Source: Clostridia bacterium
Lineage (GTDB): Bacteria > Bacillota > Clostridia > Christensenellales > UBA3700
Length of the DNA: 32,410 bases
Assembly (NCBI GenBank): GCA_036653655.1
Contig: JAVVTM010000001.1
Coordinates: 1-32,410, forward strand
Direction of reading: 5' to 3'
The notes beneath the pieces were generated by a model that was not told where the DNA came from, did not search any database, and was given only the letters and a program-made list of their open reading frames with translations. Below are positions 1-9,627 of the stretch, piece after piece (within the stretch, counting starts at the first letter, position 1; every line of letters starts with the position of its first letter). The position numbers and the translations under genes are program-made.

Positions 1-1025
1 CAATCGCTAAGGAAATTGGCATTTTGCGTGATGGCGATAAGGTTATGCTTGGCGCAGATATTGACAAATTGAGCGATGAAGAATTTGCAAAAATAATTGA
101 AGAATACAGCGTATTTGCAAGGGTAAGCCCCGAAAATAAAGTTAGAATTGTTAAAGCTTACCAAAGTTTTGGCAAGATTGTCGCAATGACTGGCGATGGC
201 GTTAACGACGCTCCATCAATTAAAGAAGCAGATATTGGCATTGGTATGGGCATTACTGGCACAGATGTGTCTAAAGGCGCAGCAGATATGATACTTGCCG
301 ATGACAACTTTGCAACCATTATTGGCGCTGTTGAAGAAGGTAGAAAAATTTTCTCTAACATAAAAAAAGCAATTCAATTTTTGCTTTCTGCCAATATCGC
401 CGAAGTTTTGTGTTTGTTTATCGCAACAATTTTCTTGGATATTAAATTTTTAACTCCTGTTATGATACTTTGGGTTAACTTGGTTACAGATAGCTTGCCT
501 GCTCTTGCGTTAGGTATGGAAAAGGCAGAAAACGATGTTATGCAATATCCACCACGAAAGTCCAACACAAGCTTGTTTGCAGGCAAAATGGGCGTTGATA
601 TCTTTATTCAAGGCGTAATGCAAACCATACTTGTAATGATGTCTTTCTGCATTGGTAGCTATGTTTTACCTGATGGCGTTAATAACCACGCTGTTGCAAT
701 GACTATGGCATTTGTAAGCCTTTGCTTAATTCAACTTTTCCACAGTTACAACTTGCGTTCTCAAACAAACTCTTTATTTGGCAAAAAAATGTTTAACAAT
801 AAATGGCTAAATATTAGTTTCATTATTGGCGTAGTGCTAATTGCATCTGTTGTGTTAATTCCTCCATTCCGTACATTATTTGACACCGCCGCTCTTTCTT
901 GGTATGAATGGTTAATTAGCGTTGGCATTGCATTTATGATAGTACCTTTTGTAGAACTTCAAAAAATTATTGAAAAACATATTGCAAAACAAAAAGCTAA
1001 AGCAACTGTTTCCGCAGAAAAATAA
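1..1025 (+). CDS. P-type (type IIA, Ca2+-type) cation-transporting ATPase, C-terminal part; the 5' end lies outside the window
   Basis: The reading frame is open from base 3 (..IAKEIGILRDGDK..), so the TTG at 24 is internal. It has the P-type hinge motif MTGDGVNDAPSIKEADIGIGMG followed by several hydrophobic TM helices. Stop at 1023-1025. Confidence 0.85.
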   Translation, partial: IAKEIGILRDGDKVMLGADIDKLSDEEFAKIIEEYSVFARVSPENKVRIVKAYQSFGKIVAMTGDGVNDAPSIKEADIGIGMGITGTDVSKGAADMILADDNFATIIGAVEEGRKIFSNIKKAIQFLLSANIAEVLCLFIATIFLDIKFLTPVMILWVNLVTDSLPALALGMEKAENDVMQYPPRKSNTSLFAGKMGVDIFIQGVMQTILVMMSFCIGSYVLPDGVNNHAVAMTMAFVSLCLIQLFHSYNLRSQTNSLFGKKMFNNKWLNISFIIGVVLIASVVLIPPFRTLFDTAALSWYEWLISVGIAFMIVPFVELQKIIEKHIAKQKAKATVSAEK

Positions 1026-1089
1026 TTTAACAAGTTTAAAATATAAAGCAAAAGATGTTAAAGTATTTAAAATGATAATGTAGCAAAAT

Positions 1090-1130
1090 AAAATACCACT
1101 TGGGTTTAACCTAAGTGGTATTATTTTTTA
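1090..1130. terminator. Bidirectional rho-independent terminator between the convergent ATPase and ftsZ genes
   Basis: A ~13-bp stem (AATACCACTTGGG / CCTAAGTGGTATT) with loop TTTAA. It is flanked by an A-run upstream and TATTTTTT downstream, so it reads as hairpin plus U-tract on both strands. Confidence 0.7.
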
Positions 1131-1296
1131 AATATTATTAAGTGTATTGATTTTTAAATATTATAAGTATACTGCTTTTTAAAAAGATAAGAAATTGTGT
1201 TTAGGCGAAGAAGGCGAACTAAGCGAGCGACAGGAGCATATTTTGCATATGTAACTTAGCGAGCTTGTGAAGCATTCTAAAGCATAAACCGATTTA

Positions 1297-2640
1297 TTAT
1301 CTTTTTAAACGAAGACGGCGTATGTATGGTGGCAAATCTTTATCATCCAATTCTAACCTACTACCTTGTCCACGATTAATGGTGTTTTCTTCTTCAAAAG
1401 CTTCGTCAAAAGTTTGCGTTTCATCATCTTTTGATGCAGAATTATATCTATCTTCGGCAGAACTATACCTATTGTCGTATGATTGAGATGGCTCGTACTT
1501 TTGCGCAGAGTCATATTGTTTTTGAGCGTCATATTTTGATGCGTTTGATGCGTAAGAATTGTTTTCTTGATTATTAGCGGTTTGTTGCGCTTTATTTTCA
1601 TATAGTGATGGCTTAACTTCCTCTTTTGGTTGAACTTTTGGTTGCTCATCACGCTTGCTGTAAGCGCCATTTTTGCCACAAAAACCTGTTGCAATTAATG
1701 TTACAATAACTTTATCTTGAAGCGACTCGTCAATGCCAGCGCCAAAAATGATGTTTGCCTCTGGGTCAACCACTTCTTGCACTAATTGGCAAGCCATATT
1801 GATTTCATCAAGGGGTAAATCTAATCCGCCCATAATGTTTAAAATAACGCCTGTTGCGCCCTCTATATTAGTTTCTAGTAGTGGGCTGGAAACGGCTTGT
1901 TTGACAGCGGTAATAGTTTTATCTTCGCCCGTGCCTTCGCCAACGCCCATATGAGCTAAGCCAGTGCCCTTCATAATAGAACGCACATCAGCAAAATCAA
2001 GGTTGATTAAAGCAGGGGTAACAATTAAATCGCTAATGCCCTGAATACCTTTGCGAAGCACTTCATCTGCCTCGTAAAAAGCCTTAACAATTGGGCAACC
2101 CTTAGGCACAACTTGCAAAAGTTTGTCGTTAGGAATAACCAAAAGAGTATCAACAAACTCCCTCAATTTTTCAATGCCCCTTTCGGCGTTCATCATACGC
2201 TTTTTGCCCTCAAACATAAAAGGTTTGGTAACAACAGCTATGGTCAAAATGCCAAGTTCTTTTGACAAACTTGCAATAATAGGCGCAGCTCCAGTGCCAG
2301 TGCCACCGCCCATACCACAAGTGATAAATAACATATCAACGTCTTTTAAAATTTCTTTCAAGCTTTCTCTGCTTTCTTCTGCCGCCTTTTCGCCAACCAT
2401 AGGTTCTGCGCCTGCGCCCAACCCTTTGGTCAATTTTTCGCCAATTTGAATGGTAACTGGGGCTTTAGATAGCAATAATGCTTGTTTATCTGTATTAACG
2501 GCGATAAAATCGGCGCTACTGATGCCAGAATCAATCATACGGTTAACAGCGTTGTTACCACCGCCACCAACACCTATAACTAAAATTTTAGCAACTGCGC
2601 AATTTTTTGCGTCCGCACCATATCCTGCAGAAAATTCCAT
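1297..2640 (-). CDS. ftsZ: Cell division GTPase FtsZ, with a long disordered C-terminal linker
   Basis: Tubulin signature [10 protein letters not shown] and N-terminal [15 protein letters not shown]. The C-terminal peptide [13 protein letters not shown] resembles the conserved FtsZ CTP. It sits directly downstream of ftsA. Confidence 0.97.
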   Translation of the reverse strand: MEFSAGYGADAKNCAVAKILVIGVGGGGNNAVNRMIDSGISSADFIAVNTDKQALLLSKAPVTIQIGEKLTKGLGAGAEPMVGEKAAEESRESLKEILKDVDMLFITCGMGGGTGTGAAPIIASLSKELGILTIAVVTKPFMFEGKKRMMNAERGIEKLREFVDTLLVIPNDKLLQVVPKGCPIVKAFYEADEVLRKGIQGISDLIVTPALINLDFADVRSIMKGTGLAHMGVGEGTGEDKTITAVKQAVSSPLLETNIEGATGVILNIMGGLDLPLDEINMACQLVQEVVDPEANIIFGAGIDESLQDKVIVTLIATGFCGKNGAYSKRDEQPKVQPKEEVKPSLYENKAQQTANNQENNSYASNASKYDAQKQYDSAQKYEPSQSYDNRYSSAEDRYNSASKDDETQTFDEAFEEENTINRGQGSRLELDDKDLPPYIRRLRLKR

Positions 2641-2643
2641 AGT

Positions 2644-3816
2644 TTAAATCCTCCTAAACTTATCTAATATATTTTGAAAAAAGCTTGCGCCCTTTGTTTG
2701 TTTTTTACAAACGACTTCTAACAACCCAACAATAGAACTCATGCTTTCCTTTTCAAATTTTAAAACGCTTGGGCAAATGGTTTCTACCTTGCGTTTTAGG
2801 TATTTGCTTAATTGGTTTTCGATACCTCTTATTTTTGCAATGCCACCGCCAGTTAAATAAATTGCGGTGTTTTTTGGGCATTTGTACGAGAAATCATCAA
2901 GCGAAAAATTAATCATATTTGCAATATCTTCTACTCTTGCGCACGCAATATCGTTAACTTCTTGAGCGCCAACCATAGTTACGCCATTTTTTGTTGAAAA
3001 CGAAAACTTTTCGGCGCTTGGTTCGCTATTTAAATTAACCCTATCTTTAAGTGAAAGCGCATCGTTATAGCCAATGTTAAGTAAAACGCACAAATCGGCA
3101 ACAATATGCCCGCCTCCCACCGAAAACGACCTTAATGCAATTAAGCCATCGCCACGGATTAACATAACAGAAGAAGTTAAAAAGCCAACATCGCACAAAA
3201 TTATAAATTTATCACGCTGACCCTCGTTAAAAAGCGAAACTGCCTCTGCCCAATTTGCCGAAATAAACTCAACTTCGTTAATATTTAAATCGTTAAAAAT
3301 GGAAGTAAACAAGCTAATGAACGATTTTTCGCACAACATATATGATACAAAACAACTCAGCTTGGTAGCTATCCTGCCCACCGGTTCAACAACACGAACT
3401 TTGTTATCTAAAAAGTAAGAAATTGCCGAACAATTAATGCACGAATAATTTTTATCGCCAGCAAAATTGTTGCCTTTTTCGTACAAATAATTGATGTCTT
3501 TTTGCGTTATTTTTTTAGCGCTTTTGTACTGCTCAAAAACCTCTTTAGAAACCACCTTGCAAAACTCGCCCGGGACGCCTAAATAGATTTTTTTGATTTT
3601 AAAATTATCAACCGAACGCAACATAGTTTGAATGCATTTAGAAACGGCTTTTTTAAGGTTTTCGGGTTCTAACCATTCGCCATTAGAAAAGCCAGCATAG
3701 TCTGCAAAGCCCATACTAACCACATTTAAAGTATCGTTATCGTTTTTGTTGCCAATAAAAGATTGAATTTTGCAAGACCCAATATCGAGAACAACAAAAT
3801 AATCTTTATTTTTCAT
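2644..3816 (-). CDS. ftsA: Cell division protein FtsA (actin-like ATPase)
   Basis: N-terminal phosphate-1-like VVLDIGSCKI, GGG motifs, and a C-terminal amphipathic tail FFQNILDKFRRI. Located immediately upstream of ftsZ with a 3-nt gap. Confidence 0.85.
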   Translation of the reverse strand: MKNKDYFVVLDIGSCKIQSFIGNKNDNDTLNVVSMGFADYAGFSNGEWLEPENLKKAVSKCIQTMLRSVDNFKIKKIYLGVPGEFCKVVSKEVFEQYKSAKKITQKDINYLYEKGNNFAGDKNYSCINCSAISYFLDNKVRVVEPVGRIATKLSCFVSYMLCEKSFISLFTSIFNDLNINEVEFISANWAEAVSLFNEGQRDKFIILCDVGFLTSSVMLIRGDGLIALRSFSVGGGHIVADLCVLLNIGYNDALSLKDRVNLNSEPSAEKFSFSTKNGVTMVGAQEVNDIACARVEDIANMINFSLDDFSYKCPKNTAIYLTGGGIAKIRGIENQLSKYLKRKVETICPSVLKFEKESMSSIVGLLEVVCKKQTKGASFFQNILDKFRRI

Positions 3817-3901
3817 AGTACACCATATTTATATTATAATATATATAAAATGAATAGTCAACGATAAATTAAATTGTTATATTATTTTGTTGCATATTGT
3901 T

Positions 3902-4687
3902 TTAAGGGGTAATTTTAGGTTTTTCAAGCGAATATTCCCACCCAAGAGTTGTAGGATTTAAAAAACCTGTTCTTTTTTGAATATCAGATAATTCAGCCGA
4001 ATTAAAAATAGAATAACAGCCCTGAATTTGCATTAAAATGTCATTTTGTTTTATTAGGCTAAAAGTAATGCCACTATTGGTTTTTAGTAAAATATAGTGC
4101 TCGCCTTCAAAACTAATGCTATTGAAGAAAAAAGCAAAACGCTCCCTGCTTAAATCGTTAATTTGCGCGCACGCATCAAGCAAAATGCGCAAAGTTTGAA
4201 GTTGACCGTTACCGCTACCGCTCAAGGTAGTGCCCGGCAAATTGTTGATGGAAATTTCGTTTAGAGCCAATTCTTCGCCATTAAAAATTGCTACATTTTG
4301 TGGCGTTTCGGTGCATTTTATTATGTAAAAATCGCTATCAATGATTGCATATTGGTTGCTGTCTTTAATTTTAACAGCAACTACTGGCACTCTTTTTGTA
4401 ATAAAAATTGTAATGCGGTTAGGGAAATGTTTTTCAATATTAAGCACCTTAACTTCTGGATTGCTAGCCTCGATGTTTTTTATTGTTTTGTTTTCGCTAA
4501 CGGACAAAATATTTGTAGTTGTTTTGATTAAAGTATCTTTAACAATTTTTTGTTTGTCAAACTGCCAATCGCCCTCGTAACTATTTTGCACATCAATTTC
4601 TTTTACAGCAAAAACTGTAAAATTTAAAACCACAATAAGTGTAATTAATGCCAAAAAAGCAAACAAAATAACTAGTCTTTTATTCAT
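3902..4687 (-). CDS. ftsQ: FtsQ/DivIB-type cell division protein (N-terminal TM anchor plus POTRA-like domain)
   Basis: Single N-terminal TM segment (LVILFAFLALITLIVVLNFTVFAV), then a POTRA-like segment (VKEIDVQ...ITIFITKRVPVVAV). It occupies the canonical position upstream of ftsA. An AAGGAA SD lies upstream of the ATG. Confidence 0.7.
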   Translation of the reverse strand: MNKRLVILFAFLALITLIVVLNFTVFAVKEIDVQNSYEGDWQFDKQKIVKDTLIKTTTNILSVSENKTIKNIEASNPEVKVLNIEKHFPNRITIFITKRVPVVAVKIKDSNQYAIIDSDFYIIKCTETPQNVAIFNGEELALNEISINNLPGTTLSGSGNGQLQTLRILLDACAQINDLSRERFAFFFNSISFEGEHYILLKTNSGITFSLIKQNDILMQIQGCYSIFNSAELSDIQKRTGFLNPTTLGWEYSLEKPKITP

Positions 4688-4845
4688 TCATATTCCTTAA
4701 ACAAAAATTTATTTGATTTTAAGCAAACAAATAATCAGTCTTTTAATCATTCATATTCATTAAACAAAAATTTATTTGACTTTACGCAAACAAATAATCA
4801 GTATTTTAATCTTAAGCAAACAAATAATCAGCATTTAATCTTACG
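4659..4845. repeat. Tandem repeat (63 + 63 + 30 + 29 bp) spanning the ftsQ start codon and 5' UTR
   Basis: GCAAACAAA(A)TAA(C/T)(T/C)AGT...TTTTA(A/T)TC occurs 4 times. Copies 1 (4659-4722) and 2 (4723-4785) are full length. Copy 1 contains the real ftsQ SD and first ~10 codons. Confidence 0.85.
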
Positions 4846-4871
4846 CAAAAACTATTACAGCAAAACTGCCA

Positions 4872-6128
4872 TTATTCTTTAATCCTTTTAATCTTAGCGC
4901 CAACATCTTGAAGTTGAATTTCTAAAGCCTCATAGCCACGGTCGATATGAAAAACATCATCAACAGTTGTAATGCCACGGGCAACTAACCCACACATAAC
5001 CAATGACGCTCCGCCACGCAAATCAAACGCTTTAACTTCTGCGCCCTTAAGGTTTTGCACGCCTTGCACAATGCACGTCCTATCTTTAACCATAATATTT
5101 GCGCCAATTTTCATAAATTCTGGCACTTGTTTGTATCTCGTTTCAAAAATATTTTCCACAATAACCGAAGTGCCATCGGCAACAGTTTGCAACGCCATCA
5201 TTTGCGCTTGCAAATCGGTGGGAAAACCTGGGTAGTACATTGTTTCAATATAATCAATACTTTTTAATCTTTCCTTTGCCTGTATATATATAATATCATT
5301 TTTATTATATATATTGCAAGCGGTTTTAGAAAGTTTTGCTATCAATGAGTGATTATGCTCGGGTATAGCGTTGCAAATTTGCAAATTGCACCCACACATT
5401 GCGCCTGCAAGCATATATGTACCCACAACAATTCTATCAGAAATTGGAGTGTGTTCAACGCCGTTTAATTTTTGCACGCCTTCAATAGCGATAACGCTAC
5501 CGCCTGCGCCTTTAATTTTTGCGCCCATTTTGTTTAAAAACTCTTGCAAATCGACAATCTCGGGTTCTTTTGCAGGGTTGCGCAAAAGCGTTGTGCCCTT
5601 TAAACAAATGGCAGCCATCATCAAGTTTTCGGTTGCGCCCACACTTGGTTTTTCTAAAAATATATCTGCGCTTTTAGCGTTGGAGGAATCACAATAGATA
5701 TAACCGCCCTCCTCAATAACCGAAATATTTAACTCCTTAAGCCCCTTTAAATGAATGTCAATTGGTCGCATACCAATGTCGCAACCACCGGGATAGGCAA
5801 CTTTTGCCTTTTTAATTCGTGTTAAAATACTGCCCAACAAAAATATCGAACTGCGCAATTCGTGCGCCAAATCCGAAGGTATTTCTCCGTGCAAAATATT
5901 TGAAGAATCAATAGTTATCGTATCTTCTTCCTTTTTAACGCTACAACCTAAGCACTCCAAAATTTTTATCATATTATTGACATCGGTAATATTTGGACAA
6001 TTATGTAAAACAACTTTTTTTTCTGTTAAAATACTGCCAGCTAATAAAGGTAGGACAGAATTTTTTGCGCCTTTAACCTTCAAACTGCCATCTAATTGCG
6101 TGCCACCCTCAATTTTAAATTTAGCCAT
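4872..6128 (-). CDS. murA: UDP-N-acetylglucosamine 1-carboxyvinyltransferase MurA
   Basis: N-terminus MAKFKIEGGTQLDGSLKVKGAKNSVLPLLAGS, the active-site loop YPGGCDIGMRPID with its catalytic Cys, and a length of 418 aa. Confidence 0.93.
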   Translation of the reverse strand: MAKFKIEGGTQLDGSLKVKGAKNSVLPLLAGSILTEKKVVLHNCPNITDVNNMIKILECLGCSVKKEEDTITIDSSNILHGEIPSDLAHELRSSIFLLGSILTRIKKAKVAYPGGCDIGMRPIDIHLKGLKELNISVIEEGGYIYCDSSNAKSADIFLEKPSVGATENLMMAAICLKGTTLLRNPAKEPEIVDLQEFLNKMGAKIKGAGGSVIAIEGVQKLNGVEHTPISDRIVVGTYMLAGAMCGCNLQICNAIPEHNHSLIAKLSKTACNIYNKNDIIYIQAKERLKSIDYIETMYYPGFPTDLQAQMMALQTVADGTSVIVENIFETRYKQVPEFMKIGANIMVKDRTCIVQGVQNLKGAEVKAFDLRGGASLVMCGLVARGITTVDDVFHIDRGYEALEIQLQDVGAKIKRIKE

Positions 6129-6155
6129 TACTTTTACTCCTTTAGCAAATGCACA

Positions 6156-7292
6156 CTATATATTATGGTTGGACAAAATATTGTGTGAATTGATGTAATT
6201 TAACTTAGCTATTTTTTCTAAAATGCCCACGCTTGCCATAAAAACAACTAGCGAACTTCCACCTGCGCTAATAAACGGTAACGGTAGCCCCGTTGGCGGG
6301 ATAGAACCAGAAACAACTGCGATATTTAGCATAGTTTGTATGGCGATAATTGCAACAATACCCACGGCGCAATAGCAACCAAACCTGCTTTGACACTTTA
6401 TTGCTATGCTAATGCCTCGCCAAATGATAATTAAAAACAGTAATAATGTAAAAATACAGCCAAACAAACCTAATTCTTCGCCAATAACCGAAAAAATAAA
6501 ATCTGATTCGCTAAAGGGTAAAAACAAAAATTTTTGTCTGCTATTTAAATATCCAACGCCAAACAAACCACCCGAACCTAAAGCGTAATAGGATTGAATA
6601 AGTTGATACCCCTCCGCTTGAGGCGAAAGCCACGGATTTACAAACGCCATCATTCGTTTTATGCGGTAAGGTTCGGCAATAATTAAAATTGGCAAGGCGA
6701 TTAACACGGGGATAATCAAGCATATTAAATATTTTTTGCGTGCGCCACCCACAATTAGCATTACAAAAGCCACCATTGCCACACAAACTGTAATTGACAT
6801 ATTTGGCTCGATAATTATTAAGCAACAAACAACGCCCACCGTTAAAATGCTAAATAAAAAACCCTTAAATTTTGTAACATCGCAAGTATCCAACACCTTA
6901 GCAAGCAAAAAAACCATAGCAAATTTTGCAATTTCTGAGGGTTGAATTGTGGTAATGCCAAGGTTTAGCCAACGCTTTGCGCCATAGTTTTCCACCCCAA
7001 TTATCGGCGCAAAAACAAGCGCCAACAGCAACACGCTAACTATGTACAACGGCAAACTAATTTTTTTTAAAGCGTCCAAGCTTAAAAAACTTGTCGCCAC
7101 AATAAAAATAATGCCCACGACAAACGACAATGTTTGCTTTTTAACATAAAAAAAGCTGTCGTTATAGTGTTGAAGCGCATTGTAATTGCTTGCGCTGTAA
7201 ATCATAAAAATACCAAAAATTACCAACATTAATGTGGTAAAAATTAGCGTTTTATCTGCAATTATTGGTGTTTTATTTAACTTGTTCTCCAT
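6156..7292 (-). CDS. ftsW: SEDS-family peptidoglycan polymerase FtsW/SpoVE/RodA
   Basis: About 10 predicted TM helices and conserved SEDS stretches (QPSEIAKF, LPFISAGGSS). Located in the dcw cluster after murD, with a 20-nt overlap. Confidence 0.85.
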   Translation of the reverse strand: MENKLNKTPIIADKTLIFTTLMLVIFGIFMIYSASNYNALQHYNDSFFYVKKQTLSFVVGIIFIVATSFLSLDALKKISLPLYIVSVLLLALVFAPIIGVENYGAKRWLNLGITTIQPSEIAKFAMVFLLAKVLDTCDVTKFKGFLFSILTVGVVCCLIIIEPNMSITVCVAMVAFVMLIVGGARKKYLICLIIPVLIALPILIIAEPYRIKRMMAFVNPWLSPQAEGYQLIQSYYALGSGGLFGVGYLNSRQKFLFLPFSESDFIFSVIGEELGLFGCIFTLLLFLIIIWRGISIAIKCQSRFGCYCAVGIVAIIAIQTMLNIAVVSGSIPPTGLPLPFISAGGSSLVVFMASVGILEKIAKLNYINSHNILSNHNI

Positions 7293-8586
7293 TCATTTCC
7301 TTTACCAAGCCAATAAAATAATCTCCTCTTTCTTCATAATTATTAAAACTATCAAAACTTGAGGTTGCAGGGCTAAATAAAACATTTTCCACTTCCAAAC
7401 TTAACGAATAAAATACGGCGTCATAAATGTTTTCAAAAACCGATATAGCAAAACTTCTTTTTATTGGCACAACTTCGCTCAATTTTTGTTTGTTTGCGCC
7501 TACAAATAATATATGCGTTATGTTTGTCGGCATAGAATTAAAAAGAGTAAAATATGATAATCCTTTGTCATAACCACCCATAATCAAGCAAGTTTTACCC
7601 TGCATAACATTGATGGCAACTTCGGTAGAATGTACGTTTGTCGCCTTGCTATCATTAAAAAAGCGCTTGCCTGCGTAACACCCAAAATATTCAATGCGGT
7701 GGCGAGGAAAATGAAAATCTGCAATTAAACTTACAACAGTCTGCATATTAAATTTTTTAATTTTTGCAACAAGTAAGCACGCTAAAGCGTTACTCAAATT
7801 GTGCAAATAGCTAATGTTTAAATCACTTTTAGCGCAAATTAGTTCCACATTCAAGCCATCGTCAAAATAAACATTATCCCTCTCTATGTAGCATCCTTTA
7901 ACGTGTTCTTTTGTAGAATAATAATAGGTTTGCGCCCTCAAATTTGTAACGCCCCTCAAAATCTCATCATCATAATTTAAAATTGCGTAATCGGCGCTTT
8001 TTTGCATTTCAAAAATGGATAGTTTTGTTTTAACATACTCTAAAAATGTTTTGTGCCGTTCCAAATGATCCGGGGTAATATTCAAACAAATGGCGATGTT
8101 TGGCGCAAATTTTTCGGTTGTTTCAAGCTGAAAACTGCTAACCTCTAAAATTACCGCATCTCGCTTTTTAACATCAAGCGCCATACTTGCAAAAGGCACG
8201 CCAATGTTGCCCAACGCATAAGAATTTACACCGCAAAAATTAAAAATGTGGTTAATTAACATTGTTGTTGTGGTTTTTCCATTTGTCCCCGTTATAGCGC
8301 AAATTTTTGCCTTGCAAAAGCGATACGCAAGCTCAATTTCGCCAATAATTTCAATTTTTAATTTTCTTGCTTCACACACAAGCAAATTGCTAATATTTAT
8401 GCTGGGCGAAAGCACTAAAGTCGTAACATTTTTTAACGCTTCTCCAACGCTTTTGCCACTTCTATCCTCAACATTTAACGGGCAAACAATTTTATTATCA
8501 TCAAAAATAGCAACTTCCAAATTTTCTTTTTGCAACAAATTTAAGCAAGCGTTTCCGCTTGCGCCCAAACCATAAACTAAATACAT
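7273..8586 (-). CDS. murD: UDP-N-acetylmuramoylalanine--D-glutamate ligase MurD
   Basis: Mur ligase P-loop ITGTNGKTTT, N-terminal Rossmann motif GLGASGNA, and its position between mraY and ftsW. Confidence 0.85.
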   Translation of the reverse strand: MYLVYGLGASGNACLNLLQKENLEVAIFDDNKIVCPLNVEDRSGKSVGEALKNVTTLVLSPSINISNLLVCEARKLKIEIIGEIELAYRFCKAKICAITGTNGKTTTTMLINHIFNFCGVNSYALGNIGVPFASMALDVKKRDAVILEVSSFQLETTEKFAPNIAICLNITPDHLERHKTFLEYVKTKLSIFEMQKSADYAILNYDDEILRGVTNLRAQTYYYSTKEHVKGCYIERDNVYFDDGLNVELICAKSDLNISYLHNLSNALACLLVAKIKKFNMQTVVSLIADFHFPRHRIEYFGCYAGKRFFNDSKATNVHSTEVAINVMQGKTCLIMGGYDKGLSYFTLFNSMPTNITHILFVGANKQKLSEVVPIKRSFAISVFENIYDAVFYSLSLEVENVLFSPATSSFDSFNNYEERGDYFIGLVKEMNGEQVK

Positions 8587-8628
8587 AAATCTCCTTATAT
8601 TAAAAAAATTGTTTTAATTTTTGCAAGT

Positions 8629-9627
8629 TTATAAACTTAAAATACCCACTAAACCAGCTAAAATGGTAATAATAATATAAAACGCCACAATTTTTGTTTC
8701 CTTGTAGCCACAAAGTTCTAAATGATGATGAAGTGGCGCCATTTTAAAAACTCTTTTGTGTGTAATTTTAAAAAATGCAACTTGCACTATTACAGATATG
8801 CAAGATACCACATACATTATGCCAACAATCAAAACAATAAAAGGCTGTTTGCAAAAAACGCAAATGCACGCAACAGCGCCTCCAATTGCAAGCGAGCCGG
8901 TATCGCCCATAAAAACTTTTGCCGGGTAGCTATTTAGCCACAAAAAAGCTAAAATGCCACCAATAAAAATGCCTGTAAATTTTAGCAAACTATCCAATTC
9001 TTTTGCAAGCAAAACATCGCCTAGTTGTTGCGCTTCAATTGTAAAAATTGTCAAAATAACAATCATAACAAACAAAAAAACGCCAGAAACTCCCCCTGCC
9101 AAGCCATCTAAGCCGTCGGTTAAATTAACTGCGTTAGTTGTGGCTAAAAATATAAACAAGCAAAATGGCACATACCAACCGCCCAAATTTATAACTTTAT
9201 CACTAAATGGCAAATATATTTCACTGCCAATAAAAGCATTTTTATAGCAAAAAAAACTTATAATTAGCCCAATTCCAATTTGACCAATAAATTTTTGATA
9301 AGCCTTTAAGCCCTCGTTGTGGTGGCTTTTAATTTTAATATAATCGTCCAAAAAGCCAAGCAACCCAAAACTAACCATTGTAAAGCAAGCAATAATGCCA
9401 AATTTTTGCTTAAATCCGCAAAAAATTAACGCCAAAAGCAAGGTAGGAACTAAAAAAATTACTCCCCCAATAGTTGGCGTGCCTTCCTTGTCTTTGTGTG
9501 TTTCTACATAGCCCAAAATTGATTGCTTTGCGTTTAACTTTTTTAGCAATTTTAAAAAAAGTGGCGCGCAAAACATACAAACAAAAAAGGATAATAAAAT
9601 TAAAATAATTACAGTAAAATTACTCAC
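8629..9627 (-). CDS. mraY: Phospho-N-acetylmuramoyl-pentapeptide transferase MraY
   Basis: Polytopic membrane protein with MraY signatures (NAVNLTDGLDGLA, MGDTGSLAIGG, APLHHHLE). Its GTG start overlaps the murE TGA as GTGA. Confidence 0.93.
   Translation of the reverse strand: MSNFTVIILILLSFFVCMFCAPLFLKLLKKLNAKQSILGYVETHKDKEGTPTIGGVIFLVPTLLLALIFCGFKQKFGIIACFTMVSFGLLGFLDDYIKIKSHHNEGLKAYQKFIGQIGIGLIISFFCYKNAFIGSEIYLPFSDKVINLGGWYVPFCLFIFLATTNAVNLTDGLDGLAGGVSGVFLFVMIVILTIFTIEAQQLGDVLLAKELDSLLKFTGIFIGGILAFLWLNSYPAKVFMGDTGSLAIGGAVACICVFCKQPFIVLIVGIMYVVSCISVIVQVAFFKITHKRVFKMAPLHHHLELCGYKETKIVAFYIIITILAGLVGILSL

Noticed and set aside
1201-1275. A locally GC-richer patch just downstream of ftsZ, with direct repeats (GGCGAA x2; AACTAAGCGAGC / AACTTAGCGAGC), as a possible small RNA or gene remnant.
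   Set aside because: It has no convincing hairpin (the repeats are direct, not inverted), no ORF with an SD, and no promoter-like elements. It is probably another decayed local duplication within the ftsZ 3' UTR, and I cannot support anything more specific.
1353-1694. Numerous 60-113-aa ORFs in the six-frame track lie inside, antisense to, or out of frame with the large genes. Examples: 158-361, 374-586, 1353-1694, 1733-1954, 2123-2449, 4298-4580, 5371-5697, 8246-8575, 19009-19305, 27487-27798 and 29002-overlapping 28965-29237.
   Set aside because: All are fully embedded in confidently identified conserved genes. They have low-complexity or hydrophobic compositions typical of off-frame translation of AT-rich coding DNA, and they lack SD sequences. 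There is no positive evidence for overlapping genes.
4659-4845. Possibility that the intergenic repeat arrays (here and at 15814-15922, 16834-16935 and 26919-27050) are degenerate CRISPR arrays or a dispersed REP/MITE family.
   Set aside because: The units are directly adjacent with no unique spacers. The copies are degenerate and of variable length. The sequence differs at each locus and often derives from the neighbouring gene end. There is no leader, no cas genes, and no terminal inverted repeats or target-site duplications.
9624-9627. Alternative genetic code (UGA=Trp, code 4), considered because of the very low GC content and the Mollicutes-like MraZ box.
   Set aside because: murE ends with TGA in a GTGA overlap with the mraY start. 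All conserved genes are full length under the standard code and none is interrupted by TGA. The single interrupted gene (rqcH) is broken by TAA.
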